A stretch of DNA of 63,288 bases, filler included, from Bigelowiella natans CCMP2755 (lineage: Eukaryota > Protista > Cercozoa): assembly GCA_000320545.1 (NCBI GenBank). It is 4 parts of 4 records of this genome, joined end to end, with 100 filler letters (N's around TTAATTAATTAA, not from the genome) between each part and the next. Parts side by side here need not be neighbours in the genome. Positions count along the whole stretch, not along the records: positions 1 to 27,179 come from ADNK01002614.1; 3 more parts are not named here. One strand, written 5' to 3'. A program made the position numbers and the translations under genes. Of this stretch, positions 13,299 to 25,897 are shown piece by piece (positions within the stretch are counted from its first letter, which is position 1; every line of letters begins with the position of its first letter). The notes below the pieces were generated by a model that was given only the letters and a program-made list of their open reading frames with translations, ran no database searches and had not been told where the DNA came from.

Positions 13299-13952
13299 TC
13301 CCCCGTTATTCTATCACCGCACCAGCTCGTTATTTCGGAATTTCATCTTGTCTACTCTTCTTCATTCCCCCCCCCCTCCCTTCCCAAACCACAAAGACAT
13401 GGGAAGCCACGACCGGACGTCTTCTTGCTCGCGGCGCGCCGGCTCGGGAAAACACCCGTACAAAGGTGTGCAGAGATAGTGACGCAACAAGACATACAGA
13501 ACTCTTCCAAATGAATAAGAATATCAGCAATTCTTTCCCCTTCCCAAGGCAATGAGAGAACGATTTTGCGTGTATTCGTGCATGTTCTTTGATAACATCT
13601 ATGCAACTTCAGATGCCTGGTATTTGACGATTCTGCTGTGGGTGTCAGAGCGGCGAAAGCAGGTCAGCCAGCATAACAGGCACCGCTCTCTAGCTATTGT
13701 TGGTGCCGTAGCATGCTATCATATTGCAAGCTTCTGGAATGAACGACGTTATGACTTAGCGTGGTCATGTGATGATGGTGATGCAGCGGATGGGATTTAA
13801 TAAACAAAGTTGCATTGAAATATAATAAAATCCACTCTCCCCCCCCTCTCTCTCTCCTACCCCTCCTTGACTCTTCGCGTGTTTGCGTGAATGGAAATGC
13901 TTCTATAACGAAGCCAAAACTCTTATGGGAATTATTACACAGTGATGGTGCT

Positions 13953-13990
<38 letters not shown>

Positions 13991-14144
13991 TCCCCTCTCC
14001 TGCAGCAAACATGCATACAGTTGCCGTGGTGGACCCTCGGTTCAGACAGCCAGCAAGCAAGTTTCTCGATGCGGTGATATCAGATCACATATGAATACGA
14101 CGACGACGGCGACGGCGGCGGCAGCGGCGGCCTACAAAAGATGA
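8989..14144 (+). CDS. HAD-superfamily subfamily IA phosphatase (pseudouridine-5'-phosphatase/GPP-like) with N-terminal hydrophobic leader; ends approximate
   Basis: Exons encode VIFDLDGTLIDSE (motif I, about 11309-11350), KLALCTST (motif II), LFDVVITGEDPEIR, HGKPRPDVFLLAARRLG (motif III), CLVFDDSAVGVRAAK (motif IV) and MHTVAVVDPR. Exon 1 reads MMARPH..WKSSLLALLLLIVG; its link to the catalytic exons is inferred. Confidence 0.8.
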
Positions 14145-14277
14145 AACGTGCATAGTTATATCCCACTTGTTTGACTATGAATTTGCTGTTTGGCTGCTTT
14201 AGGATCTGATGCTTATATCGCTGAAGGACTTCGATGCGACGTGGATCGAGCTCCCAGGGCAGGCGGGAAATGCAACC

Positions 14278-14308
<31 letters not shown>

Positions 14309-14611
14309 CATAGATGATACATGCCGCGCAAGCGCGCATACATGTGTTTTGCGTATACGCGGAGTGCATAAGAGATCGAGTGGTGCTAGGTAATTCGGGA
14401 TGTAATCATGGGTATTTGTGACATCTACCTCTAGACCTGACAAGCTATATATAACAAATAGCTTATTATCATCGGCAAATAAAACATCTTCCCGAATTAT
14501 CAGTACGTCTGCTGCCCAGCTGTGTGTTGTTAATCTTCACGAATAGCCGTGCGATATAGTCTATATTGCATATCATTATCATTATCAGTAAGCCATGAAG
14601 CAATGTATACG

Positions 14612-14820
14612 GGATCGACGGCTGTAATAAACTAATTAAATATTTTCAACTGTCATCCTAATGTAGCTGTGCAATGCATGCAGTTGCAATGTTGTGTTCA
14701 TTATTGCGCCTCATTGCAGGGATGCGCTTGCAGCATCTGCTTGCATATGATGACTACAGCTGCTGACAACATGTGTATAGCCGCACCTTTGCACAGCTAC
14801 ATTGGGACAACAATTATGAA
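14612..14820. mobile_element. MITE-like non-autonomous element with 19-bp inverted repeats; related termini at about 6168-6225 and 43985-44045
   Basis: tcctaatgtagctgtgcaa (14656-14674) vs ttgcacagctacattggga (14789-14807), one mismatch. The 20-mer gtcatcctaatgtagctgtg recurs at 44026-44045. The motif gacggNtgtaatRa lies upstream at all three sites. Confidence 0.55.
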
Positions 14821-14943
14821 AAGCCAACACTTGCACTACACACCCGGCCTCAAACGTGTGCACATGTGTAGCAGGTAGTCGTGGTAGACGCGCATATGCG
14901 GCACCAATCGAAGTAATCAAATGGCAAATCATTATTCAAGCGA

Positions 14944-15931
14944 TCAAAAATGCGCAATCACATCCCTTAGTTCTTTTCGCGTATTTATCGCATTGAGGAG
15001 ATCGGCCCCTTTTTCTTGTGTCAACTGCAGCAGCGCTGCTGAATCTTCAACCGCCTTCCGGAGAAGGCCCAACGATTCGATATCGTCGACCCTACACACC
15101 ACTTCGGTCTCTACTCGACGCGAGGAGGAGGAGGAGGAGGAGGGGGATATATGTCGCTCTCCCTTACCATCCTCATCACCACCGCCAACACTATCATCAG
15201 TAACGTACACAGGGGCAATACCCACTGGCGCCACGTAGGTTTCGAGAGCGCGCAGCAACCTCGCTTTCGGAGTTATTTGGCCCTGAGAAACTCTCCTCCG
15301 CTGTCTTGGCGATGACGATGCAGCATTATCACACTTCTCAACGGAAGGATCAAAAGAAGAAGAAGAAGAAGAAGAAGAAGAAGAAGAAGCAGAAGGCCTC
15401 AGTGACGATTTCCGGTCTCCCGACGTTGTTGCCGCCTCCTCAACCGTAGTTGAGGAAGAGGAAGCTACTCCTCCTCCTTCCCCGCTCCCCCTTTTGCTAT
15501 CCTCCCCCCCCCCTCCTTCCGCTTCATGGCCCTGCTTTCTCCTCTCAGTGATTTCGAGCTTTCGCACGGTGTCTATCCATGACTCCCAGAGCGAGGGAGA
15601 TAACAAGCGCTTCCTTGTCGCGAGATTTTGAAGGGCCGCCCCTCTCCTCGCGCCACTACCCACACCGCTACCGACGGCAGGAGATAGCAGCGAGAAAAGA
15701 CACTCGGCCTTCATCATCCACTCCTTCACGCCTTCGACTTGAGACTTTTGGGTTGTCCCAGGGCGGAAGGCGCTCTGGAGCTCGAAGGCCGTTAACGAGC
15801 GCTGCATCTTTGGCGGCTGCGAAGGTGCCGGCAGCGGCCTCTTGCCGTCGCCTCCGACCATCCTGCGCACACGAACCACCGTGGGATGATGAGATTGCAT
15901 AGATGATTACTTGATAAAGAGGGAAAGTATA

Positions 15932-15970
<39 letters not shown>

Positions 15971-17318
15971 GAGAGAGAAAGAAGCATATACATCCCTCCG
16001 CCCCATTCGGGTGGAAGATATTCGTACGGCGGATATTGCAACAAAGATCGCTACTGCTCCCAAGAAATTAAAGGGGCGACTGCAGGGAATATCCACGGAT
16101 GTTATATGATGATGGGTGAGGCTGAGGGGGTATTGCATGGACGTTTGACACATACCGAAAGTGCGGCGAAGCCTGAAGGCTGAGGAGGTGAGAGGCAGCT
16201 CGAAGGCGGTGGCGTTGACTAGCATGTATCGCTACAACAGAGCCGCGAAGGTGCCCTGCAACCTGCATGATTTGGTCCACTTGCTCCCTGAGTGTCGTCA
16301 TTCTTGCTTGGGCGCTAGAAGACGAGGAGGAGGAGGAGGAGGAGGAGGAGGAGGAAGCTGTAGCACCAATCGAACAGTCTTTGCTCGCTCTCTTGAATGT
16401 GTTATTGCTTCTGCTAGTGCTGCTACACGAGGAGGAGGAAGATGTCGTATTCCGAAGCCACTGTTGATACTTTTTGGCCGCCACCTCGGCAGCTTTGGCT
16501 CCAATTTCCTGCGATCTTTCCGTTTGCATCGTGTCGCCAGGATACGGTGGCAGCTTGGGACTGTTCTTCGCTTGAGCGACGAGTGCTCTGGCAGCGAGAA
16601 TCGGCACCTGAAGCAAGGAGATGAGCCATGCCATCGCAAGGAGGAGAGGTCTTGATCGACGACTTTGGGAGTTGTTTTGGGGTTGTTCATCCTCCTCCTT
16701 CTCCTTATCCTCCTCCTTCTCCTCCTCCTCCTGTAGTAGCAGTTGTTGTTGTTGGTGCTGGTGGTGGTGGTGGCACGATGACAGGAGCTCGTCGACGTGT
16801 GGATAGCCCCATAATCTGAGCTTCCTCAAGATCAAGGACTCACCAACGCCACCGATCAAATCATTTACCCCCTTTCCCCTGTCCCTCCCCTCTATCCCCC
16901 TCGTTCTTTCTCCCCCTCCTTCTCCTCGTTGCCGCAGCTCCCAAGCCTTATTAAACCCTCTGGCAAGTCGGTCAGGGTCACACCACGACGACGACGACGA
17001 GGAGGAGGAGGAGGAGGAGGAGCTGGGGGCTCCTTGCCGCTCACTGCGTGTTTGAAGCAGGCCCAAGAGAACTAAATCGTGAAGTGCCCTCCACAGCGGC
17101 GCGCATGCTTTCGGGTTGTCGAATTTCGCCTGGCGCAGCGTCTCGGCGTTGAGGTGCCGCACACCTACGAACGACAACGCCCTGCACATACCTGATACAG
17201 TCTTGCGAATGGCGACTCGAGACGATGAGGACAAGGTTGAGGAGACGCGGGGGGCTGTTGATCCTTTAGACTTTCCGGTGGATGAAGTCATCGCCCGCCG
17301 CTGCCCCTGCTTCCGCAT
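14944..17318 (-). CDS. TEDC1: Tubulin epsilon and delta complex protein 1 (C14orf80-like)
   Basis: ORF 16068-17318 has AETLRQAKFDNP..LWRALHDL..LRLWGYP..SRPLLLAMAWLI, matching the TEDC1 N-terminal domain as recalled. The coiled-coil 3' ORF 14944-15900 is probably the last exon. Confidence 0.7.
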
Positions 17319-17519
17319 CGCTGGCTGTGATGTTCAGGGGGGCGGGAGACAGACCTCGGGAGATCACTTTGGATGGGATCCGGGAATGGGCGATGATGCG
17401 ACTTCGAAGACCTTTGTCGCTCCCTTGAAAAACTGGCCGTATTTTACGATGTTTTGCCTGCAAATTCCGCCCCATTCCGAAGGGGCGCGACAGCAGCAGG
17501 ATGATCAATTGCGCACATT

Positions 17520-18192
17520 CTTCACCAACAGGGTTGTTTGCAAAGTGGAAAGGAGAAGCAACATCTGACATGAAAAAATCGATGCATTGCAACAATGTGC
17601 GCTTTGGGGAAAGCCACTCTGGAGAAGTGGGTAAACAAGCCCATCTTCATTGTTCCAAGTATCTTGATGAATGGCATGATGTTCGTGGTGTATCCCTCAA
17701 ATGCCAAGCTCGTTGTGGTGCCTTGTGGTGGCGTCACAACACTGCTAGATTCTTCGCATTGGAGCCGCATGAGGGATGGTGCTCCTTGTGTGATTCCCAC
17801 GAAGACATGTCTCTGCAACACCTTTTGTTTTCCTGTGAAGGAACATCTGATGTCAGAGACCGTTTTTGGAACAGGGTTCGTCATCTCCTGTCTCGACATC
17901 AAGCTGATTCCAACGACAATGTCATCACTTTGCGTGCCTTTTCAGCCATGTCTCCACATGGCAAGCTCTGCCTTGCTTTGGGGGCTAGGACTGGTGTTCC
18001 TTCAACTGACAAAGAAATCGACAGGGCTTTCCGTCGAACCATTGTCCTGCTTGATGATTTTGCTGCTGTTCGCCAATCCATCTCATCCCCGTCGCAAGCT
18101 TCTTCTTCCTGATTCTGTTGAATCTTGCTCCGATCATCAGTTTCAGTTGCAACTTAGTCACATTTCAACTGTGCCAACAAACAACATTTTGT
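17520..18192 (+). mobile_element. 5'-truncated non-LTR retrotransposon (LINE) 3' end with C-terminal CCHC zinc knuckle
   Basis: CSLCDSHEDMSLQHLLFSC followed by VRDRFW is the CX2CX8HX4C-like motif downstream of LINE RT domains. Intronless, no RT domain present. Confidence 0.65.
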
Positions 18193-18940
18193 TCACCTAG
18201 CTGTAGCTTGTCTTCTTAGCTTCCCTAGATGCAGGTCATTGGCTAGTCGTGCAACTCATCACCAACAGGGTGCTGACAAGTCCTTGCAACGACTGTTGTT
18301 GAGGCTCTGTTGCATGCAAACGCGTGTCTCCCATGTGGTTCTCGCGCATGTGAATTTGATCAATGCTTTCTTCATGTTCATGTTCATGTTCACATGAAAC
18401 ATCACCTTCAAGAATCAAGTTCGAGGCAGCTGTTCTTGCTGATTGATTCCACTCCAACGGACTAATTGACGGCTACACAATTCACAGGCCTAGTTGTAGC
18501 AATTGCAACGTGTTTCTGCGATCTGGTTGCAATTGGAGCCATTGACGTCTTTGTGAGAAGCAATGGTCGGTGCTGTTAGAGACTTCAGTTTCGTTCTGAG
18601 ACTCATGAAACCGAAGAACATCGGGCCAGAATTTGTAATCTGCCCTCGAGGCACTGCGTTTCGAACACTGCAAATGTCAGTTGGAACCCAGACACATTCG
18701 AACTGTGCCAACAATTGACAGATGATTCACCTAGCCTCAACTCATCATCCTTGGCTTCCTTGGATGTGGGATGTTAGCTAGTTGTGTTGCTCACCACCAA
18801 CAGGGTGCTGACAAGTCCTTGCAATGATTGTTGTTGAGGCTCTGCTACATGCATGTGCCTGTCTCCCATGTGGTTCTGGCGCATGTGGATTTGATCAATG
18901 CTTCATTCATCATTCATTGTTCATTGTTCATTGTGTGCTG
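18193..18940. repeat. Pair of diverged ~200-bp direct repeats (about 18193-18400 and 18727-18940), possible LTR/TRIM remnant
   Basis: Shared core caccaacagggtgctgacaagtccttgcaa..tgttgttgaggctctg..tgtctcccatgtggttct.gcgcatgtg.atttgatcaatgctt. Confidence 0.8.
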
Positions 18941-19453
18941 ACAAGCTCGCAATGACATGTGTCCCTTCGACTGACAAAGCAATTTTGCGTTGCGTCCATC
19001 ATCATGGACACGCACAGCAATGCAATGTGTCCAATGCGCATGCATGACATTGCGTTGTCTGTCATCTTTGATGACCTAGCTAGCTCACGTCTTTGCAGCT
19101 CACGATGAAGTAGCACGTTGCATCAGAAATCATCATTGGCATGGCTAGATTTTCACAGGGCACACTAGCACACTCTTCTTGAACAATCCAGCATCAGCAG
19201 CCCCTAGCTGTTTGTGCAACTTGGATGGTGCATTGCGCGACAGCTTGACACGAGTTATAGGATGCCATCAGCTTCTTCTTGAAGGAGGGCAAGTCCAATT
19301 TCACCATCATACCTGTGACAAATGATGTTTCAACAAAAGACACCTCGTTCATGGTGTGTGTGTCTGTGCGTATTTGTGTGGAATGTTATGCAATGAACCG
19401 TGTAGTTTCAAAAACACTTTCTCGCTCGAATGCACAAACGAACAGGATTCGGT

Positions 19454-22400
19454 TCACCTTGTGTCATTGTTGAGACTTTGCCCATTTCCTGTATGATGAG
19501 TCCAAGTGACGGTGCATGCGAAATGAAAACATTTTTAGAATGCTGAGACGCTATGAACAAGTACGAAGACGAGACCTGAGTATTCTCTTAGAATATGTTC
19601 GAATCCCAGCTTTCGCAGACCCACTTTGCACTCTGCGACCACCTCATGAGCGATGCTGCTTCTTGAATTCAAAAAGCTTCGGAGCTTCCTCGTTATTCTC
19701 CCATGCTTGGCAGCACGATATTGTTCTTTTGTTCCATAGTAACCTCCACTGTTTTTGTTATTTGCACATTCTATCACATGTTCATGAGCATCTTCGCCAC
19801 AATCAACCAAGTCCCAAGCGCAAAAACCGCAACCACAATTGTCACACTTGAGAGCAAAGCAACCCGTGAAGCCCATGAACCCAACCTGCACAAATAAATT
19901 CTCACTTGTTCTGGAATGTTAAGCACTACTAATTAAGAATAACGTGGGAGTTAGCAATGTTTCATTGAAAGTCCAGAACCTTGCATCGCGGACATGAATC
20001 TAAAGCCTCAACACCCCAATAGTCCGGATGATCCACTGACTTTGTCTTGTCCCCTAAAAAAATTGAGAGTTGAAAATTCGTTAAACAAGCAAGGTCAATT
20101 GGTATCTTTATAATGGACATATCTAGACCTCCGAAGCTCAAGAGAATATGCGTCTCGATATGTAGGCGAGCTTGGTAGACCTCCCTTTCTTTTTTATCAA
20201 GCTTCTTGAATTTCTACAATGCCAGATAATTCAAAATAATCATTCAGATTTCAGATTCGACAATAGATAGAGGAGGGGTCTTTATCACCTCCAGCTCAGC
20301 AGAAAGTTCATCTTTGTAGTTCTTCTCTAATTTCTTTGTCAATTTCATTTCTGCTAATTTTTTCTTTGTGTTCACATATGTCTGAAAGACTTCGGGAGTC
20401 GTATGAAGGGCCACCTCCAGATCTAAATTAGATTGTGAATGAAACGTATTCCTTTTTACAATCCCAATGCTGACATCAGCCAAAAACTTAAGGAAATTAC
20501 CTGTGAAAGGCTGACTATTACACTTTTTGTCCTTTCCATATGACAGAGGACACCTGTATATATAGTTTCACATTATGTAACGAACATTGGATTTCAAATT
20601 GCACTTCGGCGCACCCTACAAAGCCGTTACGTTCTACAAGTTTATAGGTCTCGCTGTCATTTGAGAATGCCCGGACAAAGTGATTGAAAGCTGATAAGAA
20701 CATAGGAATTCATTAACATCACTGGAGCATTTCATTTTCTAACAATTAGAACCTTCATGGCAAGTGAAATGAGGGAGCCCATTTGTGTTCGAGCACATTA
20801 TGCCCTCAGATAGGTTATGCCGGGTGAAGGTAGATGAACATGTGCGTGTCGGCTCAACCCCTGCGTCACTGAAGACTTTGTGCGTGAGTATCTGAGCAGC
20901 AGACGGCCTCCGGGTATCGTTATGTGGACTGCAACTTCTTGATGAAGCTCTAATAGGCTTTAGGAGAGCAACCAAGATTTGGGCCTGATCGGGCGTGATT
21001 AGTTTTTCGGAACGAGTTTTCTCAACATCCTTTACAGTCAAAAGCATTCTCCCCGAAAGAGCGTAGCCCATCGTAATCGCAAATGAGTACATATCAGAGC
21101 TTGGCGACGGCGGCAACTTCCCTGCTAACACTTGTGGGTCAATGAATCCATGAGTTCCGTACACCTTCGTGGTAGTATTACCCAACGAGAATTCGTCATT
21201 TTTCTCAACCTTGCAAGTATCAAAGTCTGCAATCACCGCATACTCAGAATCTTCAACTGACATTTTCTTCTCCTCACTATTATTGCAGGAGCTAACCGGA
21301 GGTCCGATCAAGATGTTAGCAGGTTTGAGATCACGGTGCACAACACCAGCATGGTGTAGGAACTGCAGTCCTTCCAATACACCTTTTAACATCTTGATGC
21401 ATTTTTGATGATACACTTCCATAGGAGTCTTCCCGTTTCCCCTATTCGGGCCGTGTTTCGAGTCCAAGACAGCTTTGTGTTCTCTTTTGATCCAACTCTC
21501 AAAGTCACTTTTGTAAAGAGGGATTTGTATGTACCACGAATCTTCATCCTTGCAGATTCCGGTCAAAGGTACGATGTTGTGGTGATTCATAGACGCCATT
21601 ACGTGACAAGAGCGTCGTAACTGCTTGAGCTTTTCACCGCTGGTATGAAACTGCTTGAGCACCACTTGGATTTGTGAGGAAGCTCCTCTTTTAGGCCCCT
21701 TTTTCTCTCTGATCTCTGACCTATTGTGCCCCCATCTTTCCTGCTGAAGAATCTTGATAATTTGGGTATTTGAATGGCCCTGTGCCTTGCACACTCGGAT
21801 CACCTCCATTTGACTTTTATCATTGGCGAGCAATTTTTTAACGATTGAGCGAAGTTCGCTTTCTGGCTCAGCAACCTTAGCTTCTTCGATGGCTACATCA
21901 TCTTCAGTAGCGCTTGCAGCAGGTATTACTGCCTCATAGAGATTTCTCTTTGAATGGTTACCCCTGAGCGGCTTCAAGCCCTCATAGAGAAGTTTCGATC
22001 TAATTTCTATTCCGCTGGCTGCCGTTTCATTCAACGGGTTTATGTATGGATGCTTGTGCAACAATTCTGGCAGATATTTGGACATTTTAAGCAGCTGAGA
22101 CCGCGCACGAAGCAGCTCTGGACTCTTTTGCATCTTCTTCAATTTCCCTTTAAGTTCCTTTTGTTTGTCGTCTATGTCCTCATCACTGTAATCCGAGTCC
22201 TCCTGGCGAACGAAAGACATGTTTTTTATTTAAGTTCTTTGAGAGCGAAGAGCGACAGCAAAAATATAAAAAAAATGTGAACGTTAACATTAATTACCTC
22301 AAGATCATCAATTTTGGCCTTCAACTCCTTTATCTTTTTACGAAACAAACGAATTGAATCCTTATACCTTTTCGATCCTTCTTCTGCCTTTCTGAAATTT

Positions 22401-24126
22401 GCAATGTGCTGCTGAAGACATTGGATCTGATTCTTCGAATCACGCAAACTACGGAGGCCACTGATGCACGAATTTTGGAATTCTTTCAATGTGAAAGAAA
22501 CCTTAGCTCGGATTTCGTTGGCTTTTCTTGAAATCGCTCCGAGGAAGGAGTTCATCTCCCTTCCAAGCGATTCAATGGCTCGGAAAAATACTTTTCTAAG
22601 TATCAATATAGAATAAAATAAGGCGCGTTTCCAGATTACAAAGGCTGTTTTGCAATGCACCTTTTCTCAGCAACCCTCTCAGCTGCGGGTCGGCACTGAA
22701 GTAGCGTAGGGTAGCCTTTACCCTCTAACCACCATGTTATCTCCTAAAAGTTTTGGCAGCTCAGGTCTAAAACGTTTCAGAGTTCCACATACCCTACCTG
22801 ATACAGATTTTGCTCTTGATTTCGGGCATTCCAGAAGTCCGACCATGCCTTTTTAGAGGACTCAAAACTGCATTCAACTAATTTTTGCTGATCCGTGATC
22901 GAAGACACGTTCTTTGAATCAGAAGATGGGTAGCTGCAAATCTTTTCTATGCCGTGAACGACTGCCATTACTGAACCGTGCACTGTTGCAAGACTCCTTT
23001 CCATTTTCGCGTCTTCTTCCTTCAGTGCCTTTAGATCAGCAATAGATTTGTCCAAGGCTACGAGGGATGCAGAAGCCTAGAAACAATCCAATTCTGAAGG
23101 CTCTTACGTCAAATAACATTAAAAACTGCGAAACCTTTTTGTTGTTCTCAAAATAAATGGTGGCACGTTCCTTTATCAGTCTGGATATTTCTTTCTTGCA
23201 ATTCTTTTTTGTTTCAGAATCCTTCGCAACTTTCAGATTTTTTATTTGGGAAGCAAGAGACTTGTTTGGGGCTGCAAGAATCTTGTAGACCTTCTCCACA
23301 TCCATTGTCCACTGGGAACTTAGATTTCTAAAATTGTGGAGGTCAATGACGAAAACTTCCGAAAGGTTTTTTGCCCGACCTGTTTTCTTGTACGAGCTCG
23401 ACCACGGTCTTGTTTAATCGCGACAATTCGGAAAGTTTAGATACGACTTGCAACTGAGAATGGAAAACCGGGCTATCAGTTGAAAATATGTTGAGATTTG
23501 GGTATACATATGCCGACCGCTTGCTTCTCACAACGAAGATATGACGTGAATTTTTCTGCATAGGATGCAAGTTGAATGCCTAGGCTAGATTCCATCTGCA
23601 TGAATATACAAAGAAATGAATAAATGAATCCATATAAATATGTATATACGTGAAGCAAAGTATTGATCTACCCCAAGTATCTAATCTCCTTTTATTGCTA
23701 CACACAAGACGACACGCAAACATAAAGTACCATAAGTAGCTAACATCACGCTAGCGATAAGAGATTTTGGGTCAAATACACATATCATATCATAGATCTA
23801 TACATTTTAATATGCAATGTATAATGTTATGCGGTTGTGAGTCTAAAGAGAACAAATACAATGATTCAAATAACTTTGTGGAGCTAAGACACTACAAATA
23901 CATCAGGAAGAGGACATAGAGAGATATATAAATATATATATATATAGAGAGAGAGAGAGAGTGTGTTTGTGAGGACTAGTCATACGCGTGAACCGATCTC
24001 TTCGGGCCTACCTTCTTCAGTGCGTCTTTCAAGTCCTGTTGTCTGATGAATCATATGATGTGATAATTTACACACACAAACACACACACACACACACACA
24101 TACATATACACATGTATTGTGTGATT

Positions 24127-24164
<38 letters not shown>

Positions 24165-25071
24165 CATAAAAACAAATCAACATAAAGGGTAAATCGTCTC
24201 CGCCTTGTCACAGTTTTTGCCTGCTTTTTTCCTCAGCTTCTTTACGTCTCCTCTCCATCTCCTCGGCTTCTTGCATTGCTTTCTTCTCAGCTTCTTTACG
24301 TCTCCTCTCCACCTCTTCAGCTTCTTGCCTGGCGTTCTTCTCAGCCTCTTCACGAATTTTCTGAATCTCTTCATCATTGCGGAGAAAATCAACGATATCG
24401 TTATGTTTTTCCTTGATTGCCCAGCTTACTGCGGTATCGCCTAGTACAAAAGTAAACAACATTTGCGTGGCACAATAACAGCATCAAATACCATAATCTA
24501 GCTAACAAATCAACTTACCACCAACAGTGCAAACCACAAACCACTCAACCAAACTACCAAACGTCCAAAATCCCTTTCTGCTTTTTCGCCTACAACTCCT
24601 TCAAGTACCAATACTACTATTGCTACTACTACTACTACTTCTACTACTACTAATACCCACGAAATGATACTGCTACTTCTACTATTGCTACTACTACAAC
24701 TACAGCTACTAAGAATTCATAAAATACTTCTATCATTCACCCAACACTGCAATGCCTGCCTAAATAATAGCAATCCTGCCGCTGCTACCCACCGTCATTG
24801 TCCTTCGCCTCGATGTTTGCCTTCATGTCAACCAGGTACTTGACGATCTCCAAATGACCATTGCAACAACCCAATATCAACGGAGTATCACCTGGTGGTA
24901 AGCGATCCCACATTGACGCAATACCAACAACAACAACAACAACAACAACACAGATGCAACATCAACAGCCATCCTCAAAAACGACATCTAATTGACCTCT
25001 GCGAGTCGTTCATTACCCATGATAAACCGCAACCAATATCCATACCAACCCTCCTGTGTGCTCTTTCCCAT

Positions 25072-25115
<44 letters not shown>

Positions 25116-25427
25116 ATTACACTGTTACTAATAATACTCATGTCACCAATCCTATTGCACTCTACTAAATGTTACCACAAGTCCTACTCCTCTTGCTCAT
25201 TACATATTGTCATTACTGCTACAACTACTGATACTAATGCTACTGACAAACTGATCCAACACTACCATCATCCACCCAACACTGCAATTACTGCCTAAAT
25301 GCTAGCAATGCTGCAGCTGCTACCCACCGTCATTGTCCTTCGCCTCGACATCAGCCTTTTTGCTCAATTTAAACGACTTCAGACGAGCGAGATCGTTGTT
25401 CCTTGCTGCTTCGAAGATGTCAGACAT
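19454..25427 (-). CDS. Ankyrin repeat + coiled-coil + Ser/Thr-type protein kinase + RING/IBR-like zinc domains (multi-exon)
   Basis: Ankyrin exons MSDIFEAARNNDL..DVEAKDND, DTPLILGCCNGHLEIVKYLV..IEAKDND and GDTAVSWA. Kinase VVLK, HHNIV, VHRDLKPANIL, IADFD, GTHGFIDPQ, SDMYSF. C-terminal CSN..HFTCHE, CPRC, GCFALKCDNCGCGFCAWDLVDCGEDAHEHVIEC. A single-gene join is inferred from strand and splice sites. Confidence 0.75.
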
Positions 25428-25897
25428 TGTCTCACTGTTTCTGCAATCACTGCAACGATGGTGGTAGACAATGGGAATGGGGGGGGGACTCTAATGCTGG
25501 TGGAAATGCTGGTGACTTCGTTGCTGCCGCAGTTAGTATATCGTCGGCACATGAATCATCAAATTATCATGAAATGATTTTCGCCGACGCCGAAAATCGC
25601 CAGGGATTTGTTTACGCGATCTAGGCGACAAGCTTTATTTTGCATGTCGCAGGGATGAAATCGCAACTGTTTGTTGTGCTCGCTCACACGTCTGGATCGG
25701 CTGCAACAACCAACCAGGCCGACACACGGCTTCGAGACGGAGCATGGCCGAATTCCTTCGCCTCGTCAACAAAGGGGCGCGCTACGACAGGAAGTAGTGA
25801 GCGATGGTGTTGGGGCTGCATCGATTGAATTTGAAGTGTATGTGTGCGAGAGTGGGTGGGTGAGCTGATTGATGTCTGTACTGTGCCGTGTTCCCTC

